Assembly (NCBI GenBank): GCA_964579675.1
Contig: CAZOIA010000004.1
Location: 3,551 to 67,550, forward strand
Length of the DNA stretch: 64,000 bases
Source of the DNA: an uncultured Planctomycetales bacterium
Lineage (GTDB): Bacteria > Planctomycetota > Phycisphaerae > UBA1845 > PWPN01
Direction: 5' to 3'
The translations under genes were made by a program, and so were the position numbers. The number at the start of each line of letters is the position of its first letter. The stretch's first letter is position 1. Of this stretch, positions 46,664 to 57,838 are shown piece by piece. The notes below the pieces were generated by a model. That model was not told the DNA's origin. It searched no databases and saw only the letters and a program-made list of their open reading frames with translations.

Positions 46664-47632
46664 ATGAGCGAGCAATCGAATCGAAGGGAGTTCTTGCAAA
46701 AGTCGGCGATGACGGCAGCGGCGATGACGGCGGTCGGAGCCGGTGGCGCCAAAGCCCGGGCCGCGGGCAATCCCGTGTCCCTGCCCGAGCCGAAGCGGGA
46801 AGCGGTGCTGAAGCTCTCCGCCCAGGAAGGGCGGGTGGCCGGTGCCAATCTCGACGAGCAGCTCGACAACATGGAGAAGATGGGTTTTGAAGGGCTCGAG
46901 CCCGGCGGAAGGGGGCTTCCCGGCCGCGTTAAGGATCTCAAGAACAAGCTCAAAGGTCGGCCGATCAGGATCAGCGCTATCTGCGCCGGCTTCGAGGGCT
47001 GGATCATCGCGGACAATAAGGAGATCCGCGACAAGGCAATGGGAACCATGAAGGAGATTCTCAACGCGGCGGGCGAACTCGGGTCCACCGGCTTGATCAT
47101 CGTCCCGGCGTTCAATCGTCAGAAGTCTCTGCCGCACAAGCAAGCGAGGCAACTGCTCACGGGGTTTGCCAGGTGGGACAAGAAGGACCGGAAACGAGAG
47201 GGGGCTTTGCTCCAGGAGTTGGGCGATCACGCGGTAAGGGCCGGTACGCGGATTCTCCTGGAGCCGCTCAACCGCGAAGAATGTTACTTCCTTCGCACCT
47301 TGGCCGATGCGGCCTCTATATGCAAGGACCTGGAGAATCCCGGCATTGCCGTGTTGGGCGACTTCTGGCACATGACCTGGGAGGAGACGAGCGACCTGGG
47401 TGCTATCCTCTCCGCGGGCGATTACCTGCACCACATTCACATGGCCAGCCGCCGACGGCGCGTGACACCCGGCGAGGATGGCGAAGCGGACGACTACGTA
47501 GAGGGGTTCAAGGGCCTCAAGCTGATCGGCTACCAGGATTACGTGAGCCTGGAGTGCGGCGCGGTCGGCGATAAGAACGTGGTCGTGCCGGCGTGCGCGA
47601 AGTTGCTTCGCGATCAGTGGGCCAAGGCCTGA
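46664..47632 (+). CDS. Tat-exported sugar phosphate isomerase/epimerase (xylose isomerase-like TIM barrel)
   Basis: NRREFLQK Tat signal; LLEPLNREE, LGDFWHM, HHIHMAS, YVSLECG; SD GGAGG. Confidence 0.88.
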   Translation: MSEQSNRREFLQKSAMTAAAMTAVGAGGAKARAAGNPVSLPEPKREAVLKLSAQEGRVAGANLDEQLDNMEKMGFEGLEPGGRGLPGRVKDLKNKLKGRPIRISAICAGFEGWIIADNKEIRDKAMGTMKEILNAAGELGSTGLIIVPAFNRQKSLPHKQARQLLTGFARWDKKDRKREGALLQELGDHAVRAGTRILLEPLNREECYFLRTLADAASICKDLENPGIAVLGDFWHMTWEETSDLGAILSAGDYLHHIHMASRRRRVTPGEDGEADDYVEGFKGLKLIGYQDYVSLECGAVGDKNVVVPACAKLLRDQWAKA

Positions 47633-47758
47633 CCACCGATCCGGGGCGAGCTCGGGTTACCACCGGGCAGGCAGGCGAGTTGGAGTTGACAACCCTCCAC
47701 CGACACGGTGGATAGCTCAAGGCGGCCATTCCGGTGAAGCCGGTAATGGTGGCGGCGA

Positions 47759-48775
47759 TCATGGGACCACTGGGCGCTGGGTCCTCGCGGCTTTCTCGCA
47801 GTATTCGTGGAGCAGTGATACGTAGATATGGTAGTTATCCAGGGAGACGTCGGGAGGGGTCTGATGGTCCACGGAGGGAATGTAGCCGCCGGACCGCATG
47901 ACGGGCAGGAGGCGCTCGAATTCCCCGCGCATCGCCGCTTTCCCCTGGTGCATCACGGTCTTATCGAAGGCGCCGAGCATCTTGAAGCGTGGATGGCGGT
48001 TGCGGATCTCGACGATGTCGCTGCCCGCCCTTTGCTCCAGGGGGGAGACGCCCTCGATTCCGACCTCTCGAAGCCAGGGAATCATTTCGATCACGTCGCC
48101 GTCGGAATCGACGACGGGAATGATCCCGCGTCTCTTAATGGCCGGTATGACCTGACGGTAGTAAGGGGCAAGGAACTCATCGAAGCATGCCTTGGAGATC
48201 ATGGGCCCCTTGTTGTAGGACATATCTTCGGCAAAAGAGATGATGTCGGGGACGCAGACCCGGCACAATGCGCGTAAGAGCCGGAGGGTGTACTCCGCCA
48301 GGTCGGTGTTGATCCGGCAGAGCAGCTCCGGTTGGTCGTGGAAAGCACACAGGTGGGGTTCGATACCGAGCAAATCACGCGGGAACCAGAAGAACCCGTC
48401 GATCTGAAGCCAGACGAACACATCACCCTCTCGCTGCTCGGCGGCATACTGCCCCACCTCGTCCAGGTCGAACGTCGGGTCGGAGAACAGGGCCCTGACG
48501 AGCCTTTCGTACTCGTCCGCGTTCCGTACGAGACCGGCGTCAGGGGCGCATTCGGCCCGCGGGGGAAGGCGGGTTCGGGGCGTCAACCAGAAGATCCGGT
48601 GGACGTCGAGCCCGAGGTAGCGTGCGATCTCGCCGTGCCCGGTCAACTCCCGCGGCAAGCCTTCCTCGTACCAGCGGTCAAGCGTCTGGTCCCACCACCA
48701 GTAGGACTCGATGGCAGGCAGACGGTCCACCGGCTCGAAGGCCATCACGGCCTGGAAGCGTTCCCGGGTGTTCAT
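47759..48775 (-). CDS. uroporphyrinogen decarboxylase family protein (second paralogue)
   Basis: MNTRERFQAVMAFEPVDRLP, FAEDMSYNKGPMISKACFDEF, VDSDG, GGYIPSVDHQTPPDVSLDNY; TATAAT-N7-ATG start. Confidence 0.85.
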   Translation of the reverse strand: MNTRERFQAVMAFEPVDRLPAIESYWWWDQTLDRWYEEGLPRELTGHGEIARYLGLDVHRIFWLTPRTRLPPRAECAPDAGLVRNADEYERLVRALFSDPTFDLDEVGQYAAEQREGDVFVWLQIDGFFWFPRDLLGIEPHLCAFHDQPELLCRINTDLAEYTLRLLRALCRVCVPDIISFAEDMSYNKGPMISKACFDEFLAPYYRQVIPAIKRRGIIPVVDSDGDVIEMIPWLREVGIEGVSPLEQRAGSDIVEIRNRHPRFKMLGAFDKTVMHQGKAAMRGEFERLLPVMRSGGYIPSVDHQTPPDVSLDNYHIYVSLLHEYCEKAARTQRPVVP

Positions 48776-49013
48776 GGTGGGCATTATAGGATGAACGCGA
48801 GAGGTGGCCACCTCTCCGCAGGTGCTCAGCGTATATCGACACCCCAACGGGGCGCAAGTTTAAGGCGGCAGGGTTTTTCGCTGGCGAGGACGGTTTCTGT
48901 CGGATTCGGCCGGCCGCCCGGACTCCAAGCTGGTGGCTCCTGTGTGAGGTTTCACGTTTTCAGTTCCGACTCGGGTCATTGGATTTGCCGCCGGAGTCTC
49001 GTATCATCGCAGG

Positions 49014-50954
<1,941 letters not shown>

Positions 50955-51145
50955 GTTCCCGAAGCCGCAAGCGGCAGGCGAGGAACTCGCCGAGAGGCCG
51001 CAAGGACACGATCGGCCGGGATATCAAGATGCGCGGAGGCGCGGCGTGCCTGCGATACGGCGCCCGCGGGGTGATGAAGCCGCGTGGAGGGAATCAGAAT
51101 CAGAATCAGACGTAATGAATAAGAGTCAATTTGGAGCACGGAAGA

Positions 51146-53320
51146 ATGTGGGAACGGCTCGTGTTGTGGACAATCGTCGTCGGCCTGCTTTGCCTCGGTC
51201 AGGTTGCCGTGGCCCGGGGACCAGACGGCCCGGGCCCATTCCTGGCAGCCAAGACCCTGTTTCAAACCAATACCGGCTACGACCGGCGCATCGCCATCGC
51301 CACTGACGGCGTGATCGTGCACCGGCACGGGGCGGACCCGGCGTCGCTGGCCAACGCCATTTCGTCATGGCAGCAGCAGGGTTACACCGTCGGGCGGATG
51401 TTCTTCGCCGACTCGGACGCAACGAACGAGTACTGGACCGGCAAGTGGGACGGAGTGCCGCATCCCGACGATGTCGAGCGGAACGCCGCGGGGGAGGTGG
51501 TCAAGTGTGCCGGGGTTCGGCCCTACATGCTGCCCACGGAGGGATGGATACGCTATCTCGAAGAGATGGCCGTCGAGTCGGTGGAGGCAGGGGCGGACGC
51601 CGTTCTGCCCGAGGAACCCCTTGCCCACGTGAGCACCGGCTACGAGGAGAGCTTCAGGAAACTCTGGGTCGAACGCTACGGGCGGCCGTGGGAGCCCCAG
51701 ACGAAATCACTCGAAGCGAGATTCCTCACCGCCCAGCTCAAGAATGAACTCTACATCGAACTCGAACGACGCCTGGCCCGGGCCGTCGAACGCCGCGCCC
51801 GGCAGCTTCGAAGGGATGTTGACTTCGTTCTTCCCGTGCACAGCCTGTACAGCAACGTGGCGGCGGATCTGGTGGCGCCACTCGGGACGTCCGCTCAGAT
51901 CGCCGGCGTTGACGGGTACATCGGCCAGGTATGGACCGGCCCCGTCAACTGGGCGCTTCATCACTACGACTCCCCGGAAGAGAGCTTCTTCGCTTCGGCC
52001 TATCTCCTTTACGACTACTTCGTCGAGTTGACGGCGGGCAGCGGCAGGAAACTGTGGCTTTTGGTTGACCCGGTGGAGGATAATCCGCGGCACGCGTGGG
52101 CGGAGTTTGAGCAGTGGTACCGCCACTGCGTGGTGGCCAAGCTCCTGTTTCCAGGGGTGGATGCGTTCGAGGTCATGCCGTGGCCCGAGCGGATCTTCCT
52201 GCCGGGGCACAGTACGGGGGGAGGAACCCCCGCGCCGGAGCGATTCCGCGTCGTCATCCTGTCGGCGACCCAGGCGCTTCAGGAGCTCCCGCGAGGCGGG
52301 CAGTGGAACCCGCACGCCGGGGCCCAGTCGAAAAACGATCCCACCCAGGGGATTGGAGTGGCCCTGGCCGACACGTTGATGTGGGAAGAGGAAACCCCGC
52401 CGCGGTTGCAGGTGACCTACGGTTTGCTCACGCCCCTCGTCCAGGCGGGCGTTCCCGTCTCCGCGTGCGTGATGGAGAGGATCGGGGATTCCCGTTACCT
52501 ATTGCGATTCAAGGTGATCGTCCTGTCCTGTGAAGCGTGGAAACCGACCAGCGCGGAAATGAACTTTGCCCTGGTCGAGTGGGCAAGGGCAGGCGGTTCG
52601 TTGATCGTCCTGGGCGGGGCCGACGACCTGGATGGTGCCCCTTTCTGGTGGCACAAGCTTGGCCATGCTTCGCCACTGCATCACCTGCTGGCGGAACTTG
52701 GTGCGGCGAACGTTGACCAGGACGGTGATCATGCCGTGGGCCGGGGTTGGGTCTTCCGGCGCAAGGCCTCACCGAGGCGTTTCGGAGATCCGGCCGTTGC
52801 CCGCGATGAGTACTTCCCGCTGGTCGAGCTGGGGCTGGCGAAGAGCGGGGTCCCGGGGAAGCTGAAAACGCCGGGCAGCTTCTGCCTGCGGCGAGGACCA
52901 TTCATCATCGCCCATGCGGCCGGCACACCGCTTGAGCTGCCGGGCAAGCTCGTGGACATATTCGACCCCGAGCTGCCGGTCCTTCAGAACGTGGTTCTCA
53001 AGCGCGGGGCGAGCGGTCTTTACCGTGACGTAAGCGCGATCGTTTCCGCCAAGGGCGGCCAGCCCTGCGTGCTTCACGCCACTCATCGCTTGATGAGTGA
53101 AGAGTACAAGCGGGGCATCTTGCGGGTTGTGATACGCGGCCCCGCGGAAACGCCGGCCGTTGTCCGGCTCTTCACTGCCGGCAAGACGCTCACGAGCGCA
53201 GCGGCCCGCGATGCCGCCCACGCTAAACGCGACGTGCAATGGCAGCAGGACGGTTCAACGGTCCTGGCGCGGTTCCCGAACGATCCGGCCGGCGCGGCGC
53301 TGGAGGTCCGGCTGAAGTGA
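51146..53320 (+). CDS. secreted hypothetical glycoside hydrolase-like protein (TIM barrel plus trimerisation-like domain)
   Basis: Signal peptide; AVLPEEPL, FRKLWVERYGRPW, FKVIVLSCE...WARAGGSLIVLGG; family uncertain. Confidence 0.55.
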   Translation: MWERLVLWTIVVGLLCLGQVAVARGPDGPGPFLAAKTLFQTNTGYDRRIAIATDGVIVHRHGADPASLANAISSWQQQGYTVGRMFFADSDATNEYWTGKWDGVPHPDDVERNAAGEVVKCAGVRPYMLPTEGWIRYLEEMAVESVEAGADAVLPEEPLAHVSTGYEESFRKLWVERYGRPWEPQTKSLEARFLTAQLKNELYIELERRLARAVERRARQLRRDVDFVLPVHSLYSNVAADLVAPLGTSAQIAGVDGYIGQVWTGPVNWALHHYDSPEESFFASAYLLYDYFVELTAGSGRKLWLLVDPVEDNPRHAWAEFEQWYRHCVVAKLLFPGVDAFEVMPWPERIFLPGHSTGGGTPAPERFRVVILSATQALQELPRGGQWNPHAGAQSKNDPTQGIGVALADTLMWEEETPPRLQVTYGLLTPLVQAGVPVSACVMERIGDSRYLLRFKVIVLSCEAWKPTSAEMNFALVEWARAGGSLIVLGGADDLDGAPFWWHKLGHASPLHHLLAELGAANVDQDGDHAVGRGWVFRRKASPRRFGDPAVARDEYFPLVELGLAKSGVPGKLKTPGSFCLRRGPFIIAHAAGTPLELPGKLVDIFDPELPVLQNVVLKRGASGLYRDVSAIVSAKGGQPCVLHATHRLMSEEYKRGILRVVIRGPAETPAVVRLFTAGKTLTSAAARDAAHAKRDVQWQQDGSTVLARFPNDPAGAALEVRLK

Positions 53321-53559
53321 TCGGCAAGGCGGATGGCTGGTCCCCGGAAGACCTGCTGTTGCCGGCGACATCCACCGAGACGACCAAGCAGCAGGACGGA
53401 TACAGACAGCTCCGTCGCTCCACAAAGCGAGAAACGGACGCTCAGAACGGGGTGATTCTGCTGGATACTGAAGGTTTTCGGACGTTTGTGACGAAAAACG
53501 GCCGGATGGCGGTTGACCTGGGGCAGATGCGGGGTAATGATCGTCTGATCGTTGATTGA
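53317..53559 (+). CDS. possible 80-aa hypothetical protein (alternatively part of a structured RNA)
   Basis: GTG overlaps the upstream TGA (GTGA); G/C-rich third positions; stop lies just before the terminator. Confidence 0.3.
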   Translation: MIGKADGWSPEDLLLPATSTETTKQQDGYRQLRRSTKRETDAQNGVILLDTEGFRTFVTKNGRMAVDLGQMRGNDRLIVD

Positions 53560-53579
53560 GAACTCCTTTCCTTGTAATG

Positions 53580-53615
53580 AGCCGGGCCCCGCAGGAAGCG
53601 GGGCCCGGTTTTTTT
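53580..53615 (+). terminator. Rho-independent terminator
   Basis: AGCCGGGCCCCGC-AGGAA-GCGGGGCCCGGTT stem-loop running into a T7 tract. Confidence 0.9.
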
Positions 53616-53771
53616 CCGGCTTCACACGGGAAGAAAGCAGGCTAGGTCCGCTCGCCGGCCACGTTGCGTCAGTGCGCGGTCCGCGCGCCCGGCCCCGTGA
53701 ACTTGTGCAGTACCGCCGGAGCCGCCCGGCGGACAATCCGGGTTACTCAAGCACCCTTTCCCGACAACCAG

Positions 53772-53799
53772 TAAAGGATGCAAGCAGAAATACCGATCC
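53772..53799 (+). promoter_or_regulatory. sigma28-type promoter upstream of the repeat lipoprotein
   Basis: TAAA-N16-ACCGATCC, ending 53 nt before ATG 53853. Confidence 0.5.
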
Positions 53800-53852
53800 T
53801 ACGCAGGCCATGGTTGGAATCTGAACCACAGTCCAATATGAAGGAGAAAGTC

Positions 53853-54860
53853 ATGCGAGGACGGCAGTACAGGTATGCTCATCCGGCGCCCAGGATCGTG
53901 GTCATGATGCTCGGTACGCTCGGCTTCCTGTTGGGAGCCGGTTGCCCGATCGAGATTCCCGAGGATCTCCTGCCGTATATATCGGAGCCCGGTCCGGGCA
54001 GCGGCTCCGAGTCGAGTGGGGCAATTCTCGTCCAGACGGTCGAGGAAGCCGCCGACGGCGAATACGACATCTACGACCAGACCATGGGCGAGTCGGTGGC
54101 GACCTACAACAGCCCGAACGAACCCGTCAGCGTTCAGCCGGGGACCTATTACCTGACCGAGTATTTCAATTCGGATTTCGTGTACGCCTCTGACGTCGTC
54201 GTCACTGCCGGCAACACGACCACCGTGACCCTGGGCGGTATTCAACTGGTGACGTTACCAGACGCGTCCGACGGCACTTATGGTATCTACAACGCCGGCG
54301 GAGAGACTGCTTACTCGACCTACAACGAGCCGAATACGATCGTTACCGCCCCGGCCGGCACTTTCACCCTCAAGGAGTACTTCAACGAGGATTTCACGTA
54401 CGCTACCGAGGTCACGGTGATCGCAGGTGAGACTACCACCGTGGAAATGGGCGGCATCGAGCTCGTAACGGTTCCGGGCGCTGCAGACGGCACCTATGGC
54501 ATCTACGATGAGAGTGGGGCAGTCGTCTATGCCAGCTACAATGATCCGGACGTCATCATCACAGCGCCCGAAGGCACTTTCACGCTGAAGGAGTACTTCA
54601 ACAGCGACTTCACGTACGCCTTCGACGTTGCGGTAACCGCGGGTGCGGCCACTACGGTGGAGATGGGCGCCATTCGTTACAACGGCTCGCTCGACTACGA
54701 CATCTATGTAAGCGGCCAACTGGTATCATCGTACAATGAGCATGGGTTGATCATCACCGCCCCGGCCGGAACGTACACTCTGACCGAATACTTCGACGAC
54801 GAGAACGTGTTGGCAACTGACGTCGTCGTTGTTGCCGGTGCCGTAACCGACGTGCCGTAA
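53853..54860 (+). CDS. acidic putative lipoprotein with four tandem ~72-aa beta-rich repeats
   Basis: Signal ending LLGAG-C; repeats G.I.LVT...DGTY.IY...YN.P...TAP.GTFTLKEYFN.DFTYA..V.V.AG.TTTV; DNA period 216 bp (54357 vs 54573); SD AAGGAG. Confidence 0.8.
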   Translation: MRGRQYRYAHPAPRIVVMMLGTLGFLLGAGCPIEIPEDLLPYISEPGPGSGSESSGAILVQTVEEAADGEYDIYDQTMGESVATYNSPNEPVSVQPGTYYLTEYFNSDFVYASDVVVTAGNTTTVTLGGIQLVTLPDASDGTYGIYNAGGETAYSTYNEPNTIVTAPAGTFTLKEYFNEDFTYATEVTVIAGETTTVEMGGIELVTVPGAADGTYGIYDESGAVVYASYNDPDVIITAPEGTFTLKEYFNSDFTYAFDVAVTAGAATTVEMGAIRYNGSLDYDIYVSGQLVSSYNEHGLIITAPAGTYTLTEYFDDENVLATDVVVVAGAVTDVP

Positions 54861-55040
54861 TCCCGACCGCCAGTTGCCGAAAGCCCGGTCTGCCCGACCG
54901 GTACCGGTGGCAACCGCACGCTTGGCCCAGAAATCGCGGCGGGTGAACTTCCACATTGCGGCAGGATGGTCACCGCCTCGAACGCCGGCGGATGATCCGG
55001 ATTCATCGAATTCGGCCCGCTTTTTGAGCGGGAGCGGTTG

Positions 55041-56075
55041 TCACCGGAGGGGTACTTCCTGCAGGTCGATGTAATCCTGGTCGTCGGTGCCAAGCCCGAT
55101 GCCGGCGGCGGCGTGTACGTGCGGGATGTGGCCGGCCGCGTCGCCGATCGGGGGCAGTTTGGCCAGAGCCCGCTGATCGTTGATGATGTTCACGCCCACC
55201 GCGTCGGCGGCGACTGGATCCTTGCTGACCAGGATCCCGGCATGATCCCAGATCCCCTGGACGCGGACCGCCGGTCCCCCGTCGAAGAGGGCCCGGACGG
55301 CGTTGACGATGTGGATCCGCAGTTTCGAGCGGATTTGCGGCAGGGCAACAATGTGGCCTGCAAAAGGTGCACAGGCATTGGCGTGATAACGTGCCGGTCT
55401 TCGAATCAATGCATGCGAGAGATTCTTGAGACAGCCGGTCATCCCCGCGATGTTGTGCGTCTTGAGGAAGGGTACGTTAATCAGGGCGGTGACCTCCTGC
55501 AGGACGGCCGCCAGCTCGTCCGCGCCGCTGCCGAACGAGACTTCACCGCCGCTGAAGCCGAACACGCGGGGCCTGGTCTTCAACTCGCGGGCCAACCGGC
55601 CGGGGGCCTCAATCAGAACGATCTTGTCGGGCGCAAACCCCGCATCCCCGAGGGATTCGACCACCTGGGCCGCCAGCACGTCCGCGGTCCCAAGCTCCTC
55701 GAAACCGACCTGGTTGAACTTGATGCCGATGACGTCATCGCGGTTGAACAGTTTGTTCCAGGCATCGCCCGGTTTGGCCGTTGCGGTCGTGACGCACACC
55801 CCGTCTTCCACCATCTCGCGCAACAACCGCTCGTGTAGCTGCCGCCGGTCCACGACCTCCGGGCGACAGACGTGGGCGACGAACGACTTGGCCTCCTGGT
55901 CGATGGGGCCGGTGTCCGGCCGGGTGGCCAATACGGGCAGTGTCGTCGCGGACTCCCCGGCATGGGACGCCGACCCCCCCGCCAGCCACCGGGCCACAAC
56001 CGAAGCGATCCCTGCCCGTCCCACGCGCCGCAAGAACGATCGGCGACTTTCGTCATCCATGATATCTTTCGCCAT
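55041..56075 (-). CDS. Tat-exported DUF362 domain protein
   Basis: SRRSFLRR signal; DVIGIKFN, LINVPFLKTHNIAGMTGCLKNL, SKDPVAADAVG. Confidence 0.8.
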   Translation of the reverse strand: MAKDIMDDESRRSFLRRVGRAGIASVVARWLAGGSASHAGESATTLPVLATRPDTGPIDQEAKSFVAHVCRPEVVDRRQLHERLLREMVEDGVCVTTATAKPGDAWNKLFNRDDVIGIKFNQVGFEELGTADVLAAQVVESLGDAGFAPDKIVLIEAPGRLARELKTRPRVFGFSGGEVSFGSGADELAAVLQEVTALINVPFLKTHNIAGMTGCLKNLSHALIRRPARYHANACAPFAGHIVALPQIRSKLRIHIVNAVRALFDGGPAVRVQGIWDHAGILVSKDPVAADAVGVNIINDQRALAKLPPIGDAAGHIPHVHAAAGIGLGTDDQDYIDLQEVPLR

Positions 56076-56197
56076 GTGCCGGTTCAGCAGCTTGGCCGCT
56101 CTGATCGACCCATTGAGCCTGCCGGGTCGAGCCCTTACAGTTATCGGCTCCGTAGCGGGCCAGCCTGAGCTTTTGCGGGGTGATCCGGCGCCCCAGG

Positions 56198-56330
56198 CTA
56201 CGTCAGCTTCTGGTAGGGCCACATCGCGATTCCGCCGTCCATCACGCGAACGTTTTCAAACCCGGCCGCCTTCAGGATCAGCGCGGCCTCGTAGCCCCGC
56301 AGCGAGATCTTGCAGAACGTGACGATTTCC
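56198..56330 (-). pseudogene. 3' remnant (rhodanese active-site half) of the IS-disrupted oxidoreductase
   Basis: Reads EIVTFCKISLRGYEAALILKAAGFENVRVMDGGIAMWPYQKLT* and rejoins the upstream part exactly at the TSD. Confidence 0.9.
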
Positions 56331-57838
56331 GAGACTGTAGCATCATTACAGAGCGATTATCCTGTTCTGGCCAAGTGCAGAGCGGTTGCCGTGCGGGTTC
56401 GCCCCGGCGCTTGAGCATCTCGTTGCATGTCCAGGGCAATGCGTTCAACGATTCGCTCGTATGTTCGCACACGGTAGACGCTCTTCTGCATCTTGCGGTG
56501 ACGGCGATTACCTCGCTCGACGGCGTTGGAAGTCGCGGGCAGAAGCGAATCATCCAAGAAGGTCAGCGCCTTTTCCAAGTTGGGTGAGAACAGCTTCTTC
56601 AACGTCTGGCCGACCTTCTTGAAGCGTCGAACCCGTCGCCGCAATTTCGCCAGCTTGTCCAGTGCGGTCTCCGTTCGGCAGCGCCGGTCAAATAGGCGGT
56701 AGACTTCGTTCATGATCTCGCGCAACGCACGGAGATGGGCGAGGCCCCTCGTGATTCGGCGGAGCGTCTTCTTCTCTCCGGGCGTCAGATAATGCTGAAC
56801 GAAGAGATGGCGATGCTGAAAAAGATCGGTGATCTTGGCCTGAATCCGTTTCCGGCGACGAGCCAGTCGTTTCGTCGCCTTCGACGGACGTCCTCGCCCC
56901 AGCTTGGGCATCGTGGCCGCCAGCGACTTGCGGACCTTGGTTACCGCCTTCAGAACCGCTTTGGTGAGTTCGGCGATCACATGAAACTCACAAATCTGGT
57001 GTGGGATCTCGCCAAACACATCAACGATGGGAACCGGATACAGCGGCGAGCCGTCGGTGGTGATGCCGGTCAGCGAAAGCCCACGGGCATTCAGCGCCCC
57101 CCTGAACCGCCGAAAAAACGCCCTCATGTCGTCATGGCTCGGATCGTGGTCAAGGACCTCGTAGATGATTCGTTTGAATGTATGATTGTCCACGATCGAC
57201 AGAACGCAGAAAGGCCCATCGTACACTTCATCCGCGGCGATGTAGCCGGAGAAGTCCGCCAATGCCTGATCAAGATACTCACCGGTGATGTCAGCGGCCG
57301 CCTTTTTCCCCCCCGGCCTCAACCCAGTTCTGAATCGTGGCGAACGGGACGAACACACGATGGTCTCGCCATAAATGCCAGGACGCGGATCGGTACGGCA
57401 GGCCGTCCTCCACCACCAGTCGGACGGCGGTATGGACCACGCGATGGGTGTAGTGGCTCTTGGGCAGGGCCAGGTCATCCATGTCGGCGTTGAAGTAGGT
57501 GTTGCATCCCAGACAGCGGTGCTGAGAGTAGGTGATGTGGAGGTCGCGCGGTCGCCCCGACGCCGGGTCGCCCAGATCATGCAGCTTTCGCACGACGGTC
57601 CGGAGGCGATAGGCGCTTCGGTCACAGTGCGGGCAGGGGCGCCGTTTGTAATTGCGACTGCGCTTGCTGAGCTTGGGCTTCGGCAGATCCGCAACACGCG
57701 TCACCCCTTCGGTCACGTCGGGGACGTACTTCCCAGGGCCGGCCATGACGACTTCCTCCAGAGTGCGCGTCCACCTGGAGTTGTCGGCAAACCGGCCGCC
57801 TGATCAGCAGGAATACTCTGTAATGATGCTACAGTATC
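56331..57838 (-). mobile_element. complete 1508-bp insertion sequence (Mutator-like DDE group, ISL3/IS256/ISH6-related; exact family uncertain)
   Basis: TIRs 56331-56353 GAGACTGTAGCATCATTACAGAG and 57816-57838 (reverse complement GATACTGTAGCATCATTACAGAG), 22/23; 8-bp TSD CGATTTCC at 56323-56330 and 57839-57846. Confidence 0.93.
56357..57746 (-). CDS. transposase split over two frames (orfA 57746-57291, Zn finger/HTH; orfB ~57311-56357, DDE domain)
   Basis: orfA CPHC...HRCLGC; orfB AADEVYD, ITTDGS, QICEFH (CxxH), TSNAVERGN; junction at a G7A5 run (57303-57314). Confidence 0.88.

Noticed and set aside
53853-54860. Repeats as a CRISPR-like or non-coding array
   Set aside because: The 216-bp period is in frame with synonymous divergence, so these are protein repeats; no CRISPR array or cas gene was seen in the window
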